A stretch of 64,000 nucleotides of DNA from Armatimonadota bacterium (GTDB taxonomy: Bacteria; Armatimonadota; Fimbriimonadia; Fimbriimonadales; GBS-DC), in NCBI GenBank assembly GCA_037445735.1, contig JBBIJY010000012.1, positions 28,340 through 92,339 on the forward strand, given 5' to 3'. Within the stretch, counting starts at the first letter, position 1. Every line of letters begins with the position of its first letter. The notes under the pieces were generated by a model. The model did not search any database, had not been told where the DNA came from, and saw nothing but the letters and a program-made list of their open reading frames with translations. The position numbers and the translations under genes are program-made. Positions 46,822-55,626 of this stretch are shown in pieces.

Positions 46822-48687
46822 ATGAGTAAACGCACACAGCGTGGCAGTACGATGGTCACCACACTCATCACGGGTGGATTGACCCTCGTCACGGCAACCG
46901 CTTATCTGGATTTAGCAACGCAGGATTTACGCACCGCGAACGCTCGCCTGCGCGAGGTCGTCACGCAGAACCTGGCGGAGGCAGGTCTGAACGCCTCGAT
47001 GCAGCAGCTCTGGCGTGAGTTCAAAATCAGCCAGCGGTTCGATACCCTCGATAGCACCCTGCGCAACGCCAGCGTCGATAATCCCAGCCGAATCTGGAAC
47101 GGCGTTCTCGGCACGGTGGGCAACTACACGGCGTCGGTCGTGGGCTATCAGACGATCGATTCCTACACGCGGCGCGTCACCCTGCATGCCGTCGGCTGGC
47201 AGGATCGCAACGGCAATGGTCAGCTGGACAACGGCGAGCCACGCCAGGTGCTCCAGCAAACTTTCGAGCTGCAACTCTCGCGCTCTGGCGTGTTCGACTA
47301 CGCTTACTTCGTGAACAACTACGGCTGGATGTATGGCTTCGACGGCGAGCAGCTGGTGGTCAACGGCGACATGCGTTCCAACGGCGATTTTGAGTTCCGC
47401 TACGGTCGCCCTATCACCAATGGCACGATTATTGCCGCCGCTAACGAGAAGCTCACGCCCAGAGCGAACGGCTACATTATCGTGGAGGGTGGAACCGCGC
47501 CCCGCCAGTGGACAACCAGCACCTACATCACCAACCAGACCAGCAACTATCGCGGGCAGGGACCCTATATGCGTCAGGGCTACTCCAGCTCAGTGCATGG
47601 CGCAATTGGCAGCAGCACCTTCAACGAGTGGCGCGACTATCTGTACGAAGCCACCGGGCAGATGATAGGTGGCTCGCCCTTTGGGGCTGTGCTGGCCGAT
47701 TCGCGCGGCACGCGCCGATTCGATGGCACCGTGCTGGACAACCGTCCCACCCGCGAGATGGTGCTGCCCAACCTGAACGACCTGAGCTACTACCTCAATC
47801 TTTCACAAACCTGGCGCGACCCGAAAGCCACCTATCGTGACGGTACATCGAACCCCTACTACAATCAGGGCGCGTTCGTGGAAGTGTGGAACCCCAGTCG
47901 CAACCGTTACGAGCGCATCTCAACCAACGGCGTCATTAACGGTAGCGTCGCGCTGATTGGCTACCGAAACTACCCCATCCGCATTCACGGACCCGTCACC
48001 GTCACGCAGGATGTGGTCATTCGCGGCTATGTGGAGGGTCAGGGCACGCTCTACGCGGGGCGCAATGTGCATATCGTGGGCGACATCATCTACAAAAACC
48101 CGCCCGACTTCCGCGGGAGCAACTTCAACACCGTGCTGAACAATGTGGAGCGGAAGGACGCGCTGGGGCTGGCAGCGCGGGGCAGCATCATGATGGGCAA
48201 CACACGCCAGTTCAACGACCCCTATCCCCTGCGCTACATGACACCGCCCTTCACACGCGGACGCTACGACGAGAACGGCAACTGGATACCGCCCTTCAAC
48301 GCCCTTGAGCGCGACGAAACAGGACGCTACCGTTATCAATCCGCTTACGGGAGTGCCGACCAGAGCGATATCGAACGACTCTCACTGCAAATCGACATCG
48401 ACCAGAACGGCTCCATCACGGCGGATGAAAGAGGCATCTCGCGTATCGACGCTGTGCTGTTCACGAACTTCGTCGGCGGCGGGAACCTCGCCACCGACGG
48501 GCTGGGGCTGACCATCAACGGCACCATCATCGCCAAAGATGAGGCGATGGTGCTGTGGAGCGTTCCGATGTGGTTCAACTACGACTGGCGCATTCGGGAG
48601 CGCAGCCTCGACGACACACCGCTCATCAATATCGAGCTGCCGCGCGTCGCCGCCGTGCGTCGCATGGCGTGGCAGCGCGTTTATTGA
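46822..48687 (+). CDS. PilX-like large minor pilin or tip protein
   Basis: QRGSTMVTTL (no E5), NLAEAGL, VFDYAYF, beta-helix-like C-terminus with DxNxN/DxDxN motifs. Confidence 0.75.
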   Translation: MSKRTQRGSTMVTTLITGGLTLVTATAYLDLATQDLRTANARLREVVTQNLAEAGLNASMQQLWREFKISQRFDTLDSTLRNASVDNPSRIWNGVLGTVGNYTASVVGYQTIDSYTRRVTLHAVGWQDRNGNGQLDNGEPRQVLQQTFELQLSRSGVFDYAYFVNNYGWMYGFDGEQLVVNGDMRSNGDFEFRYGRPITNGTIIAAANEKLTPRANGYIIVEGGTAPRQWTTSTYITNQTSNYRGQGPYMRQGYSSSVHGAIGSSTFNEWRDYLYEATGQMIGGSPFGAVLADSRGTRRFDGTVLDNRPTREMVLPNLNDLSYYLNLSQTWRDPKATYRDGTSNPYYNQGAFVEVWNPSRNRYERISTNGVINGSVALIGYRNYPIRIHGPVTVTQDVVIRGYVEGQGTLYAGRNVHIVGDIIYKNPPDFRGSNFNTVLNNVERKDALGLAARGSIMMGNTRQFNDPYPLRYMTPPFTRGRYDENGNWIPPFNALERDETGRYRYQSAYGSADQSDIERLSLQIDIDQNGSITADERGISRIDAVLFTNFVGGGNLATDGLGLTINGTIIAKDEAMVLWSVPMWFNYDWRIRERSLDDTPLINIELPRVAAVRRMAWQRVY

Positions 48688-48839
48688 TGCCCTCACCCCC
48701 AGCCCCTCTCCCACGCTGTGGGAGAGGGGAGCCAAAATCCCTCTCCCCCTCTGGGGGAGAAGGTACGGGTGAGGGGGCAGACCGCGAAGAGAGCTTGAAC
48801 CCTCTCCCCCAGCGGGGGAGAGGGTAGGGGTGAGGGGGC
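48688..48839. repeat. Cluster of three palindromic repeat copies
   Basis: CCCTCACCCCCAGCCCCTCTCCCACGCTGTGGGAGAGGGG, plus two reverse copies ending GGGTGAGGGGGC. Confidence 0.9.
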
Positions 48840-48867
48840 AACCTGACTTCACCACAAACGAGGAGGG

Positions 48868-49350
48868 ATGAATATGAGAACACGACATCTGACACGGTTT
48901 CTGGGTACGATGGCGATAGCAGGTCTCTGGCTAAGCGGCTGGAGCATCGTCTCGGAGCATCGCTCGCCGAACGAGCGACCCGAATGGTGGAAGCCTTACG
49001 AGAACGCCGCGCCGATTCAACCGTCGCCGACGGTGGTCGCGCCGCAGGGCGATGTGCCCACTGTTGTGGAGGAAGCCGCCACACGCAGTGCGCCCGCTGG
49101 CGTGCCTGACACGCTGGTCATCCAGCCGCAGAGCGGGGTCGCAACCGTTAGTCTGCCCCGCGCCATCGATGGCGAGCAGGTAATGCAGCAGGCGAATCGC
49201 GATATTGAGCGTCAGCGCGTGGCGTTCTGGCGCCCGTTCGCGCTGTTCGGCTGCTTCCTGTTGCTGGGCGGCGGTGCAGTGTTCGGGCTTCTGCGCTGGT
49301 GGAGCCAGCAGGTGCCCGCGCCGCCTCCTGCCCGTCGCCGTCGCTACTAA
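48868..49350 (+). CDS. Hypothetical membrane protein
   Basis: RBS GGAGG; N- and C-terminal hydrophobic segments; basic tail. Confidence 0.7.
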   Translation: MNMRTRHLTRFLGTMAIAGLWLSGWSIVSEHRSPNERPEWWKPYENAAPIQPSPTVVAPQGDVPTVVEEAATRSAPAGVPDTLVIQPQSGVATVSLPRAIDGEQVMQQANRDIERQRVAFWRPFALFGCFLLLGGGAVFGLLRWWSQQVPAPPPARRRRY

Positions 49351-49369
49351 GCCACACCCTCTACGGGGT

Positions 49370-50587
49370 CTACAGCCGTCCGCGCCCGCTGGTCAGCACG
49401 CCAGCGACGGGCGCGGGCGGCAACGCCCGAACCGCCAGCGCGAGCGCAATCACCATATCGTCATGGAAGCCGCGCTCCGCGCCGAAACGCGCCCCTGTCG
49501 GCGTCGCGCTCACCTCAAAGTGATACAGCTCCTGCAACAGCCTGCCGTCAGGCAACAGCTGCAACTGCTCGCGCTCCAGCATCAGCGCGAGGCTCTCCAC
49601 CAACGACTGCTTGACCGCGCGGGTGAAGGTCAGCCCCTCCACAGGCACGGATGACGCCGATTGCAGCGCCTCCACCAGCGGGTCGCCGACGCCCGTGCGA
49701 TCGCATAGCACGCGCTGAACGCCATGCTGTTCCATCAACCGGGCAATCTGCGCCACCTGCTCCGCCCACGCCAGCCCCTGCCAGCGACGGATGTCCAGCA
49801 TGCACGCCGCCTGCTGGGAGCCATGCAGAATCGCCACCGCTGTCCAGTCCCGATAGCGTGCCCAGTCGACGCCCGCCACCACCATCCCATCGGGCTGAAG
49901 GCGCAGCAGCAGGGCGCGATCAACCCACTCGGTGCGGAACAGCTGACCCGCGTCGTCCAGGAACGCTGCGCCGTACTCCACCTGGAACTGGCGCTCGCTC
50001 ATCAGCTGCGCCTGCATCAGCAGGGTGCTGGGCGAGAGCAGCGGGTTCTGCCACGAGGGGCTGCGCAGGCTCCAGACGCGCTCGCTGCCCTGCTGACCCT
50101 CCTGATAGAGCCGATAGAAGTAGTTTTTGCCGCGCGGGGTGGAGACCAGCGCGAGCCGCCCGCCCGTGTCGCTGAGCATCGGCATCAGCACCTCCATCAC
50201 CACCTGTTCGGGCACATAGGCGGCTTCATCCACCACAATCAGGTGCGCCCTGCGCCCGCGCAGGAAAAGCCCGCCGCGCGTTGCCGGGCGCGCCCACAGC
50301 CGACCCTGACCGATGGTCAGCACGGGCGCTGGTGTGCGTCGCACCTGCGGCTTCTCACCCACCTGACGCAACAGCCCGATCACCCGCTCAAACGGGATCA
50401 GCGCCTGCTCCTGCGAAGGCGCCACAATCAGCACCATGCGGGGTGCAGGCTCCAGCAGGGTGCGAGCGACCTCCACCGCAATCACTTCTGTCTTGCCCCA
50501 GCGTCGCCCGCACGCCAGCACCCGAATGGGCGCCCGCGACTCCAGAAACGCCCGCTGCCCCGCATGGGGATACCAGCCCGCAATCAT
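49370..50587 (-). CDS. Phage terminase large subunit (orphan)
   Basis: PHAGQ, Walker A GRRWGKT, LRG, Walker B IVVDEAA, motif III STP, nuclease GVDWA..D and HDDMVIALALA. Confidence 0.9.
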   Translation of the reverse strand: MIAGWYPHAGQRAFLESRAPIRVLACGRRWGKTEVIAVEVARTLLEPAPRMVLIVAPSQEQALIPFERVIGLLRQVGEKPQVRRTPAPVLTIGQGRLWARPATRGGLFLRGRRAHLIVVDEAAYVPEQVVMEVLMPMLSDTGGRLALVSTPRGKNYFYRLYQEGQQGSERVWSLRSPSWQNPLLSPSTLLMQAQLMSERQFQVEYGAAFLDDAGQLFRTEWVDRALLLRLQPDGMVVAGVDWARYRDWTAVAILHGSQQAACMLDIRRWQGLAWAEQVAQIARLMEQHGVQRVLCDRTGVGDPLVEALQSASSVPVEGLTFTRAVKQSLVESLALMLEREQLQLLPDGRLLQELYHFEVSATPTGARFGAERGFHDDMVIALALAVRALPPAPVAGVLTSGRGRL

Positions 50588-50669
50588 GGCATCTCACTCC
50601 CGCTGATGAAGCCAGCACGCCTCGAACCCGACAACCCCTCCATGACTGCCCATAAATCCCGCCCAAAAA

Positions 50670-50696
50670 GCAGGAATCATCGCACGAAGCGCGAAT
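50670..50696 (+). promoter_or_regulatory. GCAGGA-N17-GAAT (SigH-like) promoter of the HTH gene
   Basis: Exact instance of the recurrent motif. Confidence 0.6.
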
Positions 50697-50755
50697 TTAT
50701 TCACCAGCAGGAGAGCAGCGATGCTCACTCTGTGGCGGCTGAAGAGAGAGTAACA

Positions 50756-51184
50756 ATGCTGCAGCAGGTGTGGGAGCAGTTGAGCGAGGGGGAACGGCAG
50801 CGGGTGTTGGGGCTGGCGCGGTGTGCGGAGAACGCGCTGAAACGGCTCTGGCGGCAGGAGATGCGGTATTATGGTCGGTGTGTGGCGCTGGTGGTGCGAG
50901 ATGAGGAGGGCGAGTGGGTGGCGCGGGAGATAGAGGACAGGAGCGCGTTAGAAGCGCTGGAGGGGTTGCTGGAGCAGGTGGCGTGTGAGCAGTTGTTAGA
51001 GCGGTTGTGGGCGGGGTTGGATGGGGTGGAGCGAGCGATTGTGCAGGGTTTGCGGGAGGGCAGGACGCAGGTGGAGATAGCCCAGGCGCTGGGGATGACG
51101 CAGCAGGCAGTGAGCAAGCGATTGCAGATGATACGGGCGAAAGGACGGGTGATTCTGGCGGAAATGGGGGCAAATCGGGGGTGA
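50756..51184 (+). CDS. Small sigma-70 region-4-like HTH protein
   Basis: LDGVERAIVQGLREGRTQVEIAQALGMTQQAVSKRL; very G-rich coding strand. Confidence 0.82.
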   Translation: MLQQVWEQLSEGERQRVLGLARCAENALKRLWRQEMRYYGRCVALVVRDEEGEWVAREIEDRSALEALEGLLEQVACEQLLERLWAGLDGVERAIVQGLREGRTQVEIAQALGMTQQAVSKRLQMIRAKGRVILAEMGANRG

Positions 51185-51269
51185 AGGGGTTGTATTTTTC
51201 GCGGCTGGATGGCGATTTAAGGGTGGAGGGGCAAGATGAGACGCCCCTTACTATTCCAGACAGGAGGAG

Positions 51270-52271
51270 ATGGAGATGATCAAGCGAGTGAAACAGAGGA
51301 TGACGATTGCAACGATACCTGGGCTAATAGTGGTTTTGTTATGTGCCACTTTAAGCCATGGCTTCGGACAGATAGACACCGATATTGCAGGTGGTTCTTC
51401 GTTCTCTCTGCCTTTACCCGACCAACGAGTGATACTACAGCCGGGTCAAACAGTCACTTTCGTGGTCGATCCGTGGCTGGAAGAGCCTATAGAGCCGTTG
51501 CCTGAGTTTCGGGATGCCTTTATCGAATTCGGTGAACCAATATGGCCTGGGCGCTGGTTCGCTCTGATGGGCGACTTACGCTATTTAGGCAAAGGTATCA
51601 TCGAGTATCGTGCCCCTATTGATGAAGGGTTCGACCTGATTGTCTATCGTGATGAAACCACAGGGGAGTATGCTGTACTTGCGGTTACAGTAGACATTTC
51701 AGGAGAAGAGCCGTGCCCAGAACCTGTTCCTGCACCTTTGATCAAGTATGCAGGGCTGGATGTTTACCTGATGCCCGTTCAGTCTAACATTGCGGGTATG
51801 CGTGTGATGGCGCTTCCTCCAGGTGACGGCTTCGGAGGACCTGTAATCTGCCTTACGGGTCGCCCTTTGAATCCGCGTCCTAGCAGATGCTCAGGAAGTA
51901 GTTTCACCACCACAAGGTGGAAGGCTTTTCCGATGAGATGTACCGATTGGAAGTACCGAGGTACTATAAGGGTTACTGCCGATATTCAAGCTAAGGTTTG
52001 GGCGAAATTGGGTATACGTCTTACAATAGGTGCTACCTTTCGGGTTGAGGAAAGAGAGTGCAGAATAACCAAGCTTAAGATTCAGGATTGCTATCGGTGT
52101 CGTAATGGTGTTCCAGAATATGTAGGCTCTCGAGTGTTCTATTGGATTGTACATTGGAGCGAATTTAGGCCTTCTTGGGCCTGCGTCATCTATGGTGGGC
52201 AGTATGCGATACCTTGTCAACCGCCCCTCAGAATGCATGACTGCGTAAGCAACGGCGACTGCCCTTGCTAA
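51270..52271 (+). CDS. Secreted protein with Cys-rich, basic C-terminal domain
   Basis: RBS, signal-like segment, 11 Cys in the last ~145 aa. Confidence 0.75.
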   Translation: MEMIKRVKQRMTIATIPGLIVVLLCATLSHGFGQIDTDIAGGSSFSLPLPDQRVILQPGQTVTFVVDPWLEEPIEPLPEFRDAFIEFGEPIWPGRWFALMGDLRYLGKGIIEYRAPIDEGFDLIVYRDETTGEYAVLAVTVDISGEEPCPEPVPAPLIKYAGLDVYLMPVQSNIAGMRVMALPPGDGFGGPVICLTGRPLNPRPSRCSGSSFTTTRWKAFPMRCTDWKYRGTIRVTADIQAKVWAKLGIRLTIGATFRVEERECRITKLKIQDCYRCRNGVPEYVGSRVFYWIVHWSEFRPSWACVIYGGQYAIPCQPPLRMHDCVSNGDCPC

Positions 52272-52276
52272 AGATA

Positions 52277-53104
52277 ATGCGTCGACATAGGCTATTGATA
52301 GCCATTCTATTGATACTGGTTATGGCGGGAGGTGTTTGGATGCAGTTGCGTCCCCACCCCTCGCCCGCCTGTATCGTTACATGGAACAATCAGGAATGGT
52401 TAGCTCTTGAACCAGGTAGCGCAATTGTGTTAATGCCCAACAAACCTGTGCCGACTGGTTCCGAATATGTCTTGGGCTTGGGAGAGCTGCACTACATCGC
52501 AGAGAACAAAATCGTCCTAAAGGTATCAGAAGCTCGCTGGGTTGAATTTGGTCCCAATACACTTGCGTTTTGTTCCTCAACAGGCGAATGGTACGAGTTA
52601 AATGTATATATTTTGGGTGATAAAGCTTTTGATCAGCTTATCACGCATAGTCGTCCATTACCACGTGAAGGCATTATCAAAATAGGACAAAACGAATTTA
52701 TCAAATTGCGGAAGATAAGTTTTGTCGACTTGCTGATAAGATCTATACACAACCTGCGAAGCGCACTTGGAGGTGCCTCTGCCCCTATCAGTGTCCCTTC
52801 TCCTCCCAATAGGCCATGGTTGGGGGGAATGCAGACGCTGTGGCTGGTGAATAATGTGGAGTTAAAAGTAAAATGGACGCGAAGTGGTGAGCTGCTACGC
52901 CTTCACCTTATGCTCTATAACAAGGGTAAAAAGCCTGTTCGGGATTTGAAACTGCTTCTTCTCAAGTTAGGCAAGCACTCTCCTCAAGGGATTCAATTCC
53001 CTTACCCAATTCCACCACTTGAACCAGGTCAATCGCAGGTGCTGGCTTTCGATTTTCCAGATGGCAAGCTGGAGGAAGGCCTATCTATAATGTTGAATCG
53101 ATAA
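52277..53104 (+). CDS. Membrane-anchored protein sharing an N-terminal domain with the upstream gene; Ig-like tail
   Basis: N-terminal TM; LEPGS..GELHYI..TGEWYELNV; tail LYNKG..PLEPGQS. Confidence 0.7.
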   Translation: MRRHRLLIAILLILVMAGGVWMQLRPHPSPACIVTWNNQEWLALEPGSAIVLMPNKPVPTGSEYVLGLGELHYIAENKIVLKVSEARWVEFGPNTLAFCSSTGEWYELNVYILGDKAFDQLITHSRPLPREGIIKIGQNEFIKLRKISFVDLLIRSIHNLRSALGGASAPISVPSPPNRPWLGGMQTLWLVNNVELKVKWTRSGELLRLHLMLYNKGKKPVRDLKLLLLKLGKHSPQGIQFPYPIPPLEPGQSQVLAFDFPDGKLEEGLSIMLNR

Positions 53105-53149
53105 GCATTGACGCACCAACAGATTGTTGTTAAGAAGAATTGGAGGTCT

Positions 53150-53807
53150 ATGATGGGCTTTAGATGGGCTATTGTGCTGGTGGGTTTGCTGGTGTGCGGT
53201 TGTCATCAGCAAGCAAGTGAGCAGCAGGTCGGCAAACCGCGTGTTGAACTGCAGCAACTGGAAAAGGATAGACGCGTGGATGAATGGGTGAAACGCATTC
53301 AGCAGAATCGAGGCTGGCTCGCCCAGATGAACCTGGTACGCGAGGCAATTTACTATCGCTTCAATGATACACCCTTCATGGTGATTGCTTATCGTCGTAT
53401 TTTGCAGAGTAGTGAGGAACCAGATATCGTGTTTGGATATGTATTGTCTGGCGCAATAGTAGATAATATAATTGCAGATTTAAAAATCTATATACCAGAC
53501 TTTTGGTATCCTACAGTTTGTAGAGAAGTTGCTCAAAGATTAATGGAATTAATGAATAAATATAAAAAATGATGTTTTCACTTATATTGCAGCCTGTGAA
53601 GCTTATTACTGTCCTTGCTTGCCCTCAGAGATGCTGAATTTTAAAAAGTTTCGCAGAATGATTAAGAAAATAGATCCTGATAATCAATATATTGCCATTT
53701 ATGACAGGGAAGATTTACCTCTCCACGAGGAAGCGCGTTTGAGGCAAAGAGCAATGGAAAGTGGTATTTACCCCGTGAGGATGGGACTTTTGTATGTACA
53801 TTACTAA
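53150..53807 (+). pseudogene. Lipoprotein gene frameshifted at an A6 tract (53564-53569)
   Basis: Lipobox-like LLVCGC; frame 1 stops at 53572, and the +1 frame is open from 53556 to 53807. Confidence 0.6.
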
Positions 53808-53880
53808 TACTTATTCGGTGCTGAATCTCAAGCTGGTGGGTGGCGGTGTAGATAACGCCACCCGCTCTGGTATACTTAGA

Positions 53881-55568
53881 ATGGCTATGAGGCAGGTGGG
53901 GCAAAGCAGACCTTTATTACGGGATGAACCAGCTGGGAACAAGCGAGTGCGCTGCTGGCACAAGCGAATCTGCCTGCACGCACTCCTCCAGCAAGTTGCC
54001 AGAGCAACCCGACTCAAGCTGCAGGCAGCACCTGCCCTACAGCACGAAAAGGTCTGCGTGCTTACTAATGGCATGCCTGCTATTCAGCTGCTACAACATC
54101 TGAGTACGCTCATTCCTGCGCGCTGGGAGACTCATAACGATGGCTACCTGCTCCAGCCTTTGCCAGAGATAGGAGCGCTGGAAAAAGACTTTGTGCAGCA
54201 GCTGCATCAGGCGCGCTTTCAACTATTGAAAAAGCAACTGTTATCCGAGCCACTCAATAAGGAACCCCGCTCACCTCTTAACGATTTAGCCGATGTTCCA
54301 CCAGGAGTCTCCGCTGCTATTCAGCGAACACCCTTTCAGGGGCTGGAGGATTTGCTGATATGGGAGTGGCTCCATCGCTGGAGTCAGGAGCGATGGAAAC
54401 AGCTCTGGCAGGGGGAGGCAGTCTTTGCAGCGGTTCCAGTGGATCGGCAATCGACCGAGATCCCAGCGGATGTTTTGAAGAAAATCTTCAATAGCTTCAA
54501 GGCGTATGAAACAGACAACATTCGCTTGCTTGCTGATACTTCTGAAGAGGCAGAAAAGGAAACAGGCGCTCTACTGGTACGGCAGATATGGCTCGTTGCA
54601 AACATTTCACTGGATAGGTCTGCTTTTCTCATGACTGTCGGTTTTGAGTTGGAAAATGGCAAGATTAAATCACATGGCATTTCTAAGCGGATTAACGATT
54701 CTCTACTCTTTAGCCAGCCATCCATGATACACAACCATCCGCTGGTGAAGCGCTGGTTGGACTGGCAAACCTCCTATGAAGCTTACCGCACAAATCCTCT
54801 GCTCCAGCAGAATATACCTGATTTTGAAGATCGCGCTTTGTCAGCGACTGGCTGGAACATGTTGCCCGACATACCGGTTTGAGTGTGGTTAGCGATTCCT
54901 TCCGGTACCCCCTGTTTTTTGATCTGTCTTTTGATGGATCAGTAGTAAGTCCTGGCGTTCTTATAAATCGCGGTCGAAGGATTGCAGGGGGTAAATTAGC
55001 CGAGGTGTTGAAAGAGTTTGTGAACGGGTCGCACGGTTGGTTGCGCATAGAGAACGATACTTTGTTGTTTCGGCACTGGGATTATGCGGAGTTGCGCGCA
55101 GGTGAAATTCCCGAATGTCGCTGGGAGCGCGTGGAACAGCTGGCACGGGAGGGGCGCCTGACACCAGACCACCTGCGATGGTTGTTTACCCCTGAACTCA
55201 GTGAGGCTCAGGTGTACCGCCTGGAAAGTGTTCCCACCTCGTTCGTGAATTGGAGACTGCATGGGGTCAGGGCAGTGCGATTTTTGATGTCGCTGTCACC
55301 AGCGCAGTTGAACATGGCACAGAAAGCAGGCTTACCAGTCGCTTCGCTCACCGGGAGGCAGCGGCAACTGCTTTTCAAAATGACTGGCAAGCCGTTCGAA
55401 ATTTTCACCAGTGGTGGCAATTCGGTAAGGATTTATCTGTCGCGGATGAAGGTAGATGAGGACCCAGAGCTTCGCGGATATCGCGGATTTGAGCAGGATT
55501 TGATTTTAGCAAGCAACGGTGAACGCCGAGTGTTTACGATATGGATAAGCGTCCCGAAGAATATCTGA
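53881..55568 (+). pseudogene. Large hypothetical gene (secretin-N/STN-like start) split by a frameshift at about 54828-54882
   Basis: The second frame is open from 54828 and reads SDWLEHVARHTGLSVVSDSFR; no SD for a separate start. Confidence 0.55.
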
Positions 55569-55626
55569 CCCCAACATTTGGGTTTTCTGCCCCGATATCA
55601 GCCTTCCATAGGGTATAATCCAGCAG

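Noticed and set aside
49724-50755. N-terminal extension of the HTH ORF to 486 aa
   Set aside because: It is antisense to the terminase; a promoter motif and the compositional shift support a start near 50756.
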